A DNA stretch of 47,882 nucleotides from Candidatus Saccharimonadota bacterium (GCA_035329185.1 DAOLHH010000002.1:1-47882), one strand, 5' to 3'; shown: positions 1 to 8,560, numbered from the stretch's first letter. The notes: a model not told the origin generated them from the letters alone. Numbers and translations are program-made.

Positions 1-205
1 TAGCAAATGTATACAAAAATACTATATCTAGCGTAGCGGGTGAGTGCTACACTACTAAAGCTTAGAGGTACAAAAACCAAAAAGCATTAATAGTTACAGA
101 ACCGAAAGTAAGGTGTAATTCCTTCGCTGTGCCGCAACGGTTAAAGCCCGAAAGGTCAAAATTTCCCGAGCAGGAAGATGCACGTATAAAATATAGTTTT
201 TTACG

Positions 206-233
206 CCCTCTTTTTCGACTCAGGAAAAGAGGG
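206..233 (+). promoter_or_regulatory. Stem-loop CCCTCTTTT(206-214)/AAAAGAGGG(225-233) followed by TATTTCATTT. It looks like a terminator, and its 3' arm is the SD-like tract for the GTG at 244.
   Basis: Perfect 9-bp inverted repeat read directly. Positions 66-243 have stop codons in all three + frames (frame 3 is open from the window edge to a TAG at 63-65). Confidence 0.3.
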
Positions 234-243
234 TATTTCATTT

Positions 244-1827
244 GTGGAAACTGCAGTTTTAGAACGTGAAGTTGATGTATCGAAAGAGCGGTATGCTCAA
301 TCATTGACGAGTATAAGGCAACTTGGCTACCTCGCAATGGAGGGCTACGAGCTAGTCCCCCCTGATGCAGAAATCGCCGGTGTATCTGAGCGGGTCTGGA
401 ATGACTTTATAACTGCTGTTGAAGAAAATATTGCGACCGATCCTGAATATGGAGAAAAGCTTGTTTTTAATAAGTTGGTCCCACGGGAAATAGTCGACGG
501 TCATGTCGTTGACGAAAAAGGAAATCGCGCAGTTGATATGGTAAGGAATGGCGCCCGACTATCAGAACTTCTATCGAAAGATGATGAAGAGATGAAGGTG
601 CAAGCATATCGAGATCAAGGTGACGTGCTCATTGCAGAACGAGTTGACGAGCTTAAGGTGGGCGAACTACTTTGGGCTGTTAGTATGGACCCTAAAAAAG
701 CCATACGAAGCAACAGGGCATATTGGGAAGATAAGATGCACTACCGCGAAGGAATGGCTGTCATTCAGGTCTATTTTCGCTCAAGTAGCGACAAAATGAT
801 GACGGGAGCGTATGCGGTAAAGAAGAGCGACATAAAGGCGATGACCCAAATCTATAATGAGCATGGAAGAACAATCGTCGAGCCATTAGAGGATGCCGAC
901 TGGATACGGAACTTCTTCGTGAAAGAAGCGGATTTGCAAGAAGCGAAAACGATCGCGCACAAAGTTCGTGCTCGACATAACGAGCTTATCGGTAACCATG
1001 AAAAAGAGTATTCAGTCACTGATTTCTTATCTCGCCATCATCATACGGTTCAAGAGTATTTCGATACGTATACACCCAAGCTTGCTTTGGCGATTGCTTC
1101 GGGTAGAAATAACGAGCTCATGAAAGATTTGGCATCAAATCTTTCATATGTAACTTCGTTAAATCAACAAACACTACAAAGGCTTCAAAAAGTAGCCTCA
1201 AATCATGAATTTAGTCATGACGATGGCCGTTTAATGGAAGAGATGATCCGTTATGCGCTTGTGGAAGAGCTTCGAAAGTCCTTGCCGGCATATCTATCTG
1301 AACAAACTCGTTCGCTTTCAGAAACACCTCAGTTAAACGAATCTATCTCTCCTTATCAAGTCGTCCTTGCAGGGGTGTATGCTCGTCAACAAATGCAAGG
1401 TGATATGATTCATCGACGTCTTGCACAGAATATTGAAAGAGGCATGCAAGCCGGTAGAACATACGGCGGTTGTAGTGGCGCCGGAGCAGGCAAGCAGTTA
1501 CGAGATGGTCGCGAGGAAGATATATTTCTAGGAGGGCTTCAGGATGTGTTTGGTGGTCACCTATCCAAAAACAATCAAGAAGAAAGTGGCGAGCAAGACG
1601 AGTTTGGCCCGCTTGTATTTGAATGTAGCGAAGGCCATAGAAATGAGCGCAAAAAGGGTGAGCTTCTTACTGAATGTCAGAATAAACACTGTAAAAAAGG
1701 CTCCGTTGGCTGTGGTGAGCCAATGCCAGTAACAGAAAAGGTTAAAAAGCAATCAAAACCTGCTACGATGAATCTGTCTAAAAAGGATAAGAAGTATGGA
1801 CCAGTCACTCGAGCCGTCGCAGCCTGA
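244..1827 (+). CDS. Hypothetical cytoplasmic protein (527 aa) with a Cys-rich, zinc-ribbon-like C-terminus
   Basis: Long ORF with a GTG start 10 nt after AAGAGGG and no TM segment. The tail reads FECSEGH...ECQNKHCKKGSVGCG. No family recognised. Confidence 0.6.
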   Translation: METAVLEREVDVSKERYAQSLTSIRQLGYLAMEGYELVPPDAEIAGVSERVWNDFITAVEENIATDPEYGEKLVFNKLVPREIVDGHVVDEKGNRAVDMVRNGARLSELLSKDDEEMKVQAYRDQGDVLIAERVDELKVGELLWAVSMDPKKAIRSNRAYWEDKMHYREGMAVIQVYFRSSSDKMMTGAYAVKKSDIKAMTQIYNEHGRTIVEPLEDADWIRNFFVKEADLQEAKTIAHKVRARHNELIGNHEKEYSVTDFLSRHHHTVQEYFDTYTPKLALAIASGRNNELMKDLASNLSYVTSLNQQTLQRLQKVASNHEFSHDDGRLMEEMIRYALVEELRKSLPAYLSEQTRSLSETPQLNESISPYQVVLAGVYARQQMQGDMIHRRLAQNIERGMQAGRTYGGCSGAGAGKQLRDGREEDIFLGGLQDVFGGHLSKNNQEESGEQDEFGPLVFECSEGHRNERKKGELLTECQNKHCKKGSVGCGEPMPVTEKVKKQSKPATMNLSKKDKKYGPVTRAVAA

Positions 1828-1972
1828 AGTAGACGAAACAAACACCTGCAGTGCAGACTATTTTTGTGAGCTTTGTGGTCATTATCCACTTATCCCTGTG
1901 CATGGGCATTTTGAGTGCCCACAGTGCCACTACAAAACAAAGTGTTGTGAGGGAATGGCCCTCGATGTCTGA
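1796..1972 (+). CDS. Small zinc-ribbon protein (58 aa), absent from the ORF track
   Basis: ATG at 1796 lies 8 nt after AAGGA (1783-1787). Translation: MDQSLEPSQPEVDETNTCSADYFCELCGHYPLIPVHGHFECPQCHYKTKCCEGMALDV, with paired CxxC motifs (CELC, CPQC). It overlaps the upstream gene by 32 nt and the nadD ATG by 8 nt (ATGTCTGA). Confidence 0.5.
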   Translation: MDQSLEPSQPEVDETNTCSADYFCELCGHYPLIPVHGHFECPQCHYKTKCCEGMALDV

Positions 1973-2585
1973 TTTTGAAGATTCATGGAACGTTCGAAAA
2001 AATTCCCTCGTGGTATTCGCAGGAGTTTTTGACCCTGTGCATAATGGCCATCTGTCGGCTGCTCAAGGTGCGCTTCACTACGGCGATAAGGTCTTATTCA
2101 TGCCTGAGCGCGTTCCCCAGCATAAACATGGAACGGCAGATTATGACAAAAGACTAAACATGTTAAAAAAAGCGATAGCATCAAACCCAGATTTTGCTGT
2201 CGTTGATTATCCGGAAGACCATCACTGGGTAGTCGAAACATTTCAATGGCTTAAAGCACAGTACCCTGATAAGAAGTTTGTGTGGCTAGTAGGAAGTGAT
2301 GTCGCCCCACTCATGATTGAATGGCCAGGTGTTGAGCAGCTCGAAAGCCTTGGTGTAAGGAGTGTTCTCGTGATGAAGCGTGAAGGTAATGATACGGACC
2401 GCTTCGAAACGATCGGGGGCGTGCCAGCTCGCCACTTATATCGACCGATAGGTAAAGACGAAAAAATCAGCTCGACTACGATAAGAGAAAATGTCGAAAA
2501 GCATAAAAAGCATCTTTCCAAAGAAGTGTATGCGTATATTGTAGAGAACAAACTCTATTCGTTTGATGTTTCAACGTCGAAGTGA
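1965..2585 (+). CDS. nadD: Nicotinate-nucleotide adenylyltransferase
   Basis: Nucleotidyltransferase motif GVFDPVHNGH and C-terminal ISSTTIRE motif. ATG 1965 is preferred over the track's GTG 1851, whose extension is the zinc-ribbon gene read out of frame. Confidence 0.9.
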   Translation: MSDFEDSWNVRKNSLVVFAGVFDPVHNGHLSAAQGALHYGDKVLFMPERVPQHKHGTADYDKRLNMLKKAIASNPDFAVVDYPEDHHWVVETFQWLKAQYPDKKFVWLVGSDVAPLMIEWPGVEQLESLGVRSVLVMKREGNDTDRFETIGGVPARHLYRPIGKDEKISSTTIRENVEKHKKHLSKEVYAYIVENKLYSFDVSTSK

Positions 2586-4249
2586 CTTCGAATATATGCA
2601 ATATGCTTGTCATGAAACTTCTTGTATTCAACTTTTTTGTATTTGTTTTTCTTAATGAAAGCGCTAATTTTCTCGCTTCCAATGTAGTGAGGTAGCATGA
2701 CGTAACTGGCCCCGAGCGTATACAATTCTGCTGCCTCAGTGATATTTTCAGCATGACAAATGACGACGCAAGATGGGTTTTCGCGGTTCATGAGCTGAAG
2801 GATATATGCATTAGTTGAAAAATCCGTAATCGAGACGATGATCATTTTTAACTTAGAAATATCTAGTTCTTCAAGGAGTTCGGCGTCATTAACGTCACCA
2901 TAGAGGAAGTCAATATTCTGACGTGTTAGGATGTCTATAACATCAGGGTCATAATCGATGACTAGCATGCGACTGTGCATGGTTTGGAATGTTTTAACGA
3001 ATTCACTTCCGCCCTTTTTATAACCAAACACGATGGTTTCGTAGGCTCGCTTCTGGGCATGTTCACTTCTAACTTTGCGTCGCTCAAACAGAGTGAGATA
3101 AGTTTGCAATGTCGTGTATATACCATCCGAGTAGATAATCATGTAGGAAGAAATCGCAATCGTTATCAATGCAACGAGGGTCATCAGAGAAACGGTGCTC
3201 TCTGAAATTTGCTGGTTATCGGCTCCAAGTAAGATAAATATCAATGAAAACTCACTAATCTGAGTCATCGAAATCCCGGCTTTAAAGCTCGTTTTTTTCG
3301 TATACCCCAATAGACCGAGAATCGTCATGACTATAATCGGGTTACCTACTAACACGAGGACAGAAAGAATGATTGCCTGTCCGATTACAGAGCTCACTGC
3401 CGATAAATCAAGCGAGGCGCCAAGTACGATAAAGAAAATAACGACAAAGAAATCACGGAGGGGGCGTAGTTTTGATGCAACATCTTGAGCATAATGCATA
3501 CCAGCGAGGCTAACCCCAGCGGCAAGTGCGCCAATTTCCAGCGAGAAACCTGCTGCTTTGAAGATTGAACCTACTCCAAAACCCCAAGAAAGGGTAAATA
3601 GGAAAAGCATTTCTTGTGATTTTGATAAAAAGTGAGACATAGGTTTTATGACGTATCGACTTGCCAACCATAAACAACCGATGAGCACTAAGGCTTTCCA
3701 GAGCAGGGTAATGAAATCGGACATCTCAAGACTTCCGCTAGAAGAGGCCGATGCAACGACGAGAGCAATCGTCGCAAGTACATCTTGAATTAACAAAAAT
3801 CCTATCGTAATTTTCCCGTAAAGTTTGTTCTGTTCTTTTTTATCGTTGAGTAACTTAAGCACAATGATGGTACTGCTAAATGACATTGCAGCCGCGATAT
3901 AGAGGCTACTTGTCATGTCAAAACTCAAACCACGAACAATGAGGAAAGCGACACTTGAAGTGGTGAGCACTTGAGCGAGTCCAGCTATGAGCGCAGTTTT
4001 TCCAACTTCTTTTACTGCTTTATAGTTCAAGCCTAGTCCGACTATGAATAAAAGAAGCGCTATACCAAATGTACTGAACGATTCGATAATTTCGGGTTCT
4101 TTTAGCATATTAAACACAGCAGGCCCAATAAGTATTCCGGTTACAATGTAAGCGATAATAATAGGTTGTTTGAATAGTCTTAAAACAAGCGCAACAAGTG
4201 CAGCGATGCCAAGAACGATGCTTAGTTCGGTGAAGAGATCATGCGACAT
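2555..4249 (-). CDS. CPA2-family monovalent cation:proton antiporter (Kef-type) with a C-terminal RCK/TrkA-N-like domain
   Basis: Polytopic N-terminal exchanger domain plus a Rossmann-like tail (VFGYKKGG..VIDYDP..GDV). ATG 4249 is preceded by AGGGAAA; the track start at 4291 is also possible. Confidence 0.85.
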   Translation of the reverse strand: MSHDLFTELSIVLGIAALVALVLRLFKQPIIIAYIVTGILIGPAVFNMLKEPEIIESFSTFGIALLLFIVGLGLNYKAVKEVGKTALIAGLAQVLTTSSVAFLIVRGLSFDMTSSLYIAAAMSFSSTIIVLKLLNDKKEQNKLYGKITIGFLLIQDVLATIALVVASASSSGSLEMSDFITLLWKALVLIGCLWLASRYVIKPMSHFLSKSQEMLFLFTLSWGFGVGSIFKAAGFSLEIGALAAGVSLAGMHYAQDVASKLRPLRDFFVVIFFIVLGASLDLSAVSSVIGQAIILSVLVLVGNPIIVMTILGLLGYTKKTSFKAGISMTQISEFSLIFILLGADNQQISESTVSLMTLVALITIAISSYMIIYSDGIYTTLQTYLTLFERRKVRSEHAQKRAYETIVFGYKKGGSEFVKTFQTMHSRMLVIDYDPDVIDILTRQNIDFLYGDVNDAELLEELDISKLKMIIVSITDFSTNAYILQLMNRENPSCVVICHAENITEAAELYTLGASYVMLPHYIGSEKISAFIKKNKYKKVEYKKFHDKHIAYIRSHFDVETSNE

Positions 4250-4574
4250 GTTTATTTTCCCTACTAACAGATACAAGTGTACGAGAGTCATTGTTAAAAC
4301 ACAAGCGCTATTGACGCGGATTATATTGTTACGTTACTATAAAAGTACTTCTGTAAGTTGAGAGCATCCGTGTGTGCGAGCCGGATGTGCTTTACGGAAA
4401 GACAAAAACTATAATAAAAGAAAATGCGAGAGAAAGGCTGTTGTTCGCAACATGTCAGTGCAAATAGTAGTCGCACCGTCCCAGCTTGAGCGGATAGTTG
4501 TCACCGTACGACGTCCAAAATGGCAAGAATTTATCGCGTATTAGGGTAACGTGATGTAGTGAGTTTTGGGCGCA

Positions 4575-4612
4575 ACAAAAAACACGTCAGAGTGAGGCTC
4601 GACGTGTTTTTC
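4575..4612. terminator. Bidirectional intrinsic terminator hairpin AACACGTC(4581-4588)/GACGTGTT(4601-4608) flanked by A- and T-runs
   Basis: 8-bp perfect stem. On the minus strand a T-run follows directly after the dsbA-like stop (4619). On the plus strand TTTTTCTT follows. Confidence 0.75.
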
Positions 4613-4618
4613 TTAGTT

Positions 4619-5374
4619 TTACTCCTCGGTCTGAGAGGTGTCAGTACTTGTTTCTTGTTTATTTGAATCGTCTGTAGGTTGCTCGGCTTGAGTATCGGTA
4701 CTTTCGCTAGTAGCGGTATCTTCGCTCTTTATACCGAGTGCTTCATCAATTAATTTTGAAAGCTCTTCAACTGAATCAATTGTTGTGGAGTCTTCGATTT
4801 TTTTACCATTTAAGATAAAAGTAGGGGTGGAGTCGACCTTGTATGAATTTTTTCCTTCAGTCGTGTCAGCATTAATGGTTCCGACCGTACTACTTGCCAG
4901 TACATCTGCTCGGAATTGATCCATGTTAAGTCCAATTTCTTGCGCGTATTGCTCAAAAATCTTAATGGCATTTTCGGTACTTAATCCTACGGGATCTCGG
5001 CTTGAGGGGCCGTTCCAATCTTCTTGCTTGCCATAAAGATAATCATACATCTCCCAGAATTTTCCTTGTCGTCCCGCTGCTTCAGCCGCTCGATGTGCAG
5101 CAGTCGCATTTTGATGCGATTGGACAAGCGGGAAGTGTTTATACTGAAATGAAATCTGGTTTTTATATTTTTCTTTAACTTGGCTAATGATTGGATAGAA
5201 AAAACCACACGCAGGGCACTCAAAATCACCAAATTCTATAAGTTTTACCGATGCATCTGCCTTACCGTAAACATAGTTTGATGGTTGACCAGATGATTCT
5301 TTGTCTTTGCCGAATAGCACCGCTCCACCTATAATTGCGACGACCGCCAACACGGCGATAATAATTTGCTTCAT
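4619..5374 (-). CDS. DsbA-family thiol:disulfide oxidoreductase, membrane-anchored
   Basis: N-terminal hydrophobic anchor, thioredoxin-fold active site FGDFECPACGFFYP (CPAC), and an acidic S/T-rich C-terminal tail. Confidence 0.85.
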   Translation of the reverse strand: MKQIIIAVLAVVAIIGGAVLFGKDKESSGQPSNYVYGKADASVKLIEFGDFECPACGFFYPIISQVKEKYKNQISFQYKHFPLVQSHQNATAAHRAAEAAGRQGKFWEMYDYLYGKQEDWNGPSSRDPVGLSTENAIKIFEQYAQEIGLNMDQFRADVLASSTVGTINADTTEGKNSYKVDSTPTFILNGKKIEDSTTIDSVEELSKLIDEALGIKSEDTATSESTDTQAEQPTDDSNKQETSTDTSQTEE

Positions 5375-5448
5375 ACAACACTCCTTATTCTTATTTATTT
5401 TAACGTAGGAGTCTTGTACTTACCTAATAAACGCGTCACAATAACTGT

Positions 5449-6474
5449 ATGCAGACGCTATTCATATGTTTTCTTCTCGTGATTGCTGTAGTCAGTGTTT
5501 CGGTGCGTACCGGGTTACTTACCCTTAACCATTACCGGCTAAAGCAACTCGCTAAAGCGGGTGATAGACAAGCAAAGAATGTGTATCCACTGCATGCATT
5601 GCGCTATGAGCTCTATGTAGCCATGACCGTGCTCTATCTAGCAAGTGTAGCCACGCTCACTTTATTGTTTCGGATGGAGCTTGGAAGTATTCTCGCGGTC
5701 TGTATTGTCACGCTACTACTTGTAATTGTTGCCGAACTTTTACCGCTACTATATTTACGAAATAAGTCGATCCTTTTGCTATCTGTCTTGTCGCCGGCGC
5801 TTCGGAAGCTTGCCGGCCTTGTTGCACCGGTAACCAGACGAGTTGCACGTGTGATTGCTTCTGTTTTAGAGCGACAAGATAACGTACTCTATACGCGAGA
5901 ACAACTAATTGCACTGTTTGAAAATTCCCAAAAACATCATGAAAGTGATGTTTCTAAAGACGAATTACGAATGCTTCAAGGAGTTATGGAATTCGGTGAC
6001 AAATTGATACGTGATGTTATGACGCCGAGGCGTATGGTAAAACTTGTATCTCAAGATGCCGAAGTGGGCCCCTTATTTATGGATGAATTACATAAGTCAG
6101 GGCACTCACGATTTCCAGTAACAGTAGATAATAATCATCTGAATTTTGTTGGAACGCTCTACATGCGAGATCTTATCGGCCAAAAATCGTTGAAGAAAGT
6201 GCAGGATTTGATGAGTGAAGACGTTCGGTACGTACACGAAGAAGAAACGCTTGATCACGCACTTCGTGCTTTTTTGAAAACTCGTCACCACTTGTTTATC
6301 GTTGTTAATAACTTTGAGGAATTTGTCGGGGTACTTAGCATAGAAGATGTGCTGGAAGAAATTATTGGCACAGAGATTGTTGATGAATTCGATGCTCATG
6401 ATGATTTGCGAGCGGTAGCAGCTGGCATAGCAAACAAAGAGCGTGTGCGTCGAGAAAAAGACTCAAATAAGTAA
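5449..6474 (+). CDS. CNNM/CorB-type transporter (DUF21 membrane domain plus CBS pair)
   Basis: Four N-terminal TM helices followed by two CBS-like repeats (VMTPRRMV.., MSEDVRYV..IVVNNFEEFVGVLSIEDVLEEI). No C-terminal CorC/HlyC domain is visible. Confidence 0.8.
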   Translation: MQTLFICFLLVIAVVSVSVRTGLLTLNHYRLKQLAKAGDRQAKNVYPLHALRYELYVAMTVLYLASVATLTLLFRMELGSILAVCIVTLLLVIVAELLPLLYLRNKSILLLSVLSPALRKLAGLVAPVTRRVARVIASVLERQDNVLYTREQLIALFENSQKHHESDVSKDELRMLQGVMEFGDKLIRDVMTPRRMVKLVSQDAEVGPLFMDELHKSGHSRFPVTVDNNHLNFVGTLYMRDLIGQKSLKKVQDLMSEDVRYVHEEETLDHALRAFLKTRHHLFIVVNNFEEFVGVLSIEDVLEEIIGTEIVDEFDAHDDLRAVAAGIANKERVRREKDSNK

Positions 6475-6618
6475 ATGATGGTATAATATCTTTAACATGA
6501 AAAATACCAGTTTCTCTAATAGGAATTAGCGGCCTGCACCGTTTGCCAATAGCGGGCAGTCGGAGCATGGGCCGTACGAAGCTTTTAACTATTTTTTAAA
6601 GTGAGAAAAGAGACTGTA

Positions 6619-8373
6619 ATGAACAGAACATATGCTACCGACACGCCTAAACTAAGGGGAGAAAAAGTACGTGTCAAAGGCTGGGTACACTCAAGACGTG
6701 ACCATGGCGGGCTTATATTTATTGACCTGCGTGACCATACTGGGATTGTCCAACTGACCATTAACGCAGAAAGTATAGGATTTAAAAATGCTGAGTCATT
6801 ACGCGACGAGTATGTGATTGATGCGACAGGAAATGTCGCAGAGCGTGCTAAGGAACTTGTAAACCCTAACATTGCAACAGGTGAAATCGAAATAATGGTC
6901 GAAGAGCTCGCCATTTTGAACAAATCAGAGCCACTTCCAATTCTTGTAAATTCAACGCAACATATTAGTGAAGATAATCGATTGAAATACCGCTATCTTG
7001 ATCTTCGACGTGAAAAAATGCAGTATATGTTGAAAAAACGCGCCGAGCTGTATGCTTGGATGCGTCGCTATATGGACGCGCACGAATTTACTGAAGTAAC
7101 GACACCAATTCTTGCTAATTCAAGCCCTGAAGGAGCTCGGGATTTCTTGATTCCTGCTCGTCTACATCCGGGAAAATTTTATGCACTCCCACAAGCACCA
7201 CAACAATTTAAACAACTTCTTATGGTTGGCGGTATGCATCGCTACTATCAAATAGCAGGTTGCTTCCGAGACGAAGACCCACGGGCAGATCGTTGTTATG
7301 GTGAGTTTTACCAACTTGATATGGAAATGTCTTTCGTTGATGATGGAGAAGAAGTTCGAACGACTATCGAGCCACTCATAATTGATCTTGTGAAGAATTT
7401 TGCCGGCAAAACGCTCCTCTTTGATGCGGTGCCACGAATTCCATATCTTGAGGCGATGGAGCGATTTGGGAGTGATAAGCCAGATTTACGGTTTGGCATG
7501 GAGCTGATTGATCTGACTGAAACGCTAAAAGACTGCGGGTTTGGTGTGTTTACGAATGCCATCAAGGCTGGTGGTGCCGTCAAGGCTATTGCAGTTCCAA
7601 AACAGTTCAGTCGTTCAGAAATAGACATATTGACTGAACTCGTAAAACGAGATGGAGCAGGGGGCCTCCCATACATGACCGTTGAATCCGGTGTGGCAAC
7701 ATCATCAATTGCGAAATTCTTCAATAGTGATGAATTGACTGCAATTGTCGCACAGACGGGAGCGAAAGATGGTGACACTATTTTCTTTGGATCGGACGTG
7801 AGAGCTAAGGTCAACAAAGTACTGGGCGGGTTGAGGAGCCATTTAGGTGGTGAACTGGGCATGAAAGATTCAAATGTCGTCGCGTTGGCTTGGATTGTTG
7901 ATTTTCCTTTTTACGAGTGGGATGACAAAGCCAATAAACTTGATTTTGGGCACAACCCATTCTCGATGCCAAAAGGCGGACTTGATGCATTAAACGACGA
8001 TGATAAACTTGCAATTCTCGCCGATCAATATGATATGGTCATGAACGGTTACGAAATTTGTTCCGGTGGAGTACGAAACCATAACCCGGAAGTGCTCTAC
8101 AAGGTATTTGGCGTCCTTGGGTTTGATGCAGATTATGTTGAACAAAAGTTTGGCGGTATGCTCAATGCATTTAAATTTGGTGCACCACCACACGCAGGAT
8201 GTGCATTCGGTATAGACCGTATGTTTATGGAACTCATGAGTGAGGAAAACATACGTGAAGTTGTGGCATTCCCGAAGAATGGATCTGGCATGGATGTGAT
8301 GATGAACTCGCCAAGCCCAATTGATGATGCGCAACTAAGAGAATTGTCAATACAAGTAAAACTGCCTAGTTAA
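6619..8373 (+). CDS. aspS: Aspartate--tRNA ligase, bacterial type
   Basis: Class II aaRS motifs (FRDEDPRADR, SGGVRNH, GIDRMFM), an N-terminal OB-fold region and a GAD-type insertion. ATG 6619; in-frame GTG 6601 is the alternative. Confidence 0.95.
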   Translation: MNRTYATDTPKLRGEKVRVKGWVHSRRDHGGLIFIDLRDHTGIVQLTINAESIGFKNAESLRDEYVIDATGNVAERAKELVNPNIATGEIEIMVEELAILNKSEPLPILVNSTQHISEDNRLKYRYLDLRREKMQYMLKKRAELYAWMRRYMDAHEFTEVTTPILANSSPEGARDFLIPARLHPGKFYALPQAPQQFKQLLMVGGMHRYYQIAGCFRDEDPRADRCYGEFYQLDMEMSFVDDGEEVRTTIEPLIIDLVKNFAGKTLLFDAVPRIPYLEAMERFGSDKPDLRFGMELIDLTETLKDCGFGVFTNAIKAGGAVKAIAVPKQFSRSEIDILTELVKRDGAGGLPYMTVESGVATSSIAKFFNSDELTAIVAQTGAKDGDTIFFGSDVRAKVNKVLGGLRSHLGGELGMKDSNVVALAWIVDFPFYEWDDKANKLDFGHNPFSMPKGGLDALNDDDKLAILADQYDMVMNGYEICSGGVRNHNPEVLYKVFGVLGFDADYVEQKFGGMLNAFKFGAPPHAGCAFGIDRMFMELMSEENIREVVAFPKNGSGMDVMMNSPSPIDDAQLRELSIQVKLPS

Positions 8374-8416
8374 CTTCTCAGCTAAAAGTCAGATGGGAAG
8401 CGGTATACTATAAGTA

Positions 8417-8560
8417 GTTGGTCTTGGTCAGCAATAAGATTAACTGAATACTAATCGAACGGGAGCTCGATATCCGCGAAGAAGCCACCGCGCATCTTCC
8501 ATGAGAGCACCCACCTGTGTTTTGCAGGTTTAATCTCGCTGGCCATGTGCCAACTTTTTA
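8417..8560 (+). ncRNA. Candidate rod-shaped small RNA of about 144 nt; class unresolved
   Basis: TATACT -10 box at 8404-8409. The 5' arm 8417-8432 pairs with the 3' arm 8538-8554 (14 bp in two blocks). Further nested helices: 8437-8443/8530-8536, 8444-8446/8525-8527, 8447-8451/8517-8521, 8461-8468/8505-8512. A T-run sits at 8555-8559. No ORF. Confidence 0.35.

Noticed and set aside
62-337. 91-aa minus-strand ORF across the first intergenic region and the start of the 527-aa gene
   Set aside because: No RBS, it overlaps a much longer plus-strand ORF and the hairpin at 206-233, and its composition looks random.
1851-1964. GTG-1851 N-terminal extension of nadD given by the ORF track
   Set aside because: The extension (MQTIFVSFVVIIHLSLCMG...) is the zinc-ribbon gene read out of frame. 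The conserved NadD N-terminus begins right after ATG 1965.
4350-4580. c-di-AMP (ydaO-type) riboswitch in front of the K+/H+ antiporter gene
   Set aside because: The minus-strand reading shows none of the conserved ACGGGGA/CCCA-type motifs I remember. The idea is left open only as a generic structured leader.
6475-6618. T-box riboswitch upstream of aspS
   Set aside because: The leader is too short (about 130 nt), has no T-box consensus (..GGTGGTACCGCG..) and has no terminator/antiterminator pair.
7308-7862. 184-aa antisense ORF inside aspS, and similar antisense or alternative-frame ORFs (8665-8928, 9181-9459, 20223-20579, 21125-21418, 34109-34519, 34728-35162, 39089-39430, 39542-40024, 43714-43983)
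   Set aside because: Each lies wholly inside a well-supported gene with recognisable motifs. None has its own motifs or translation signals.
8417-8560. Assigning the rod-shaped RNA as SRP (4.5S) RNA or 6S RNA
   Set aside because: The apical region (CGCG-AAGAAGCCAC-CGCG) lacks the GNRA-capped domain IV with AGCA/GGAA loops. No large central bubble typical of 6S is visible. I kept it as an unclassified candidate.
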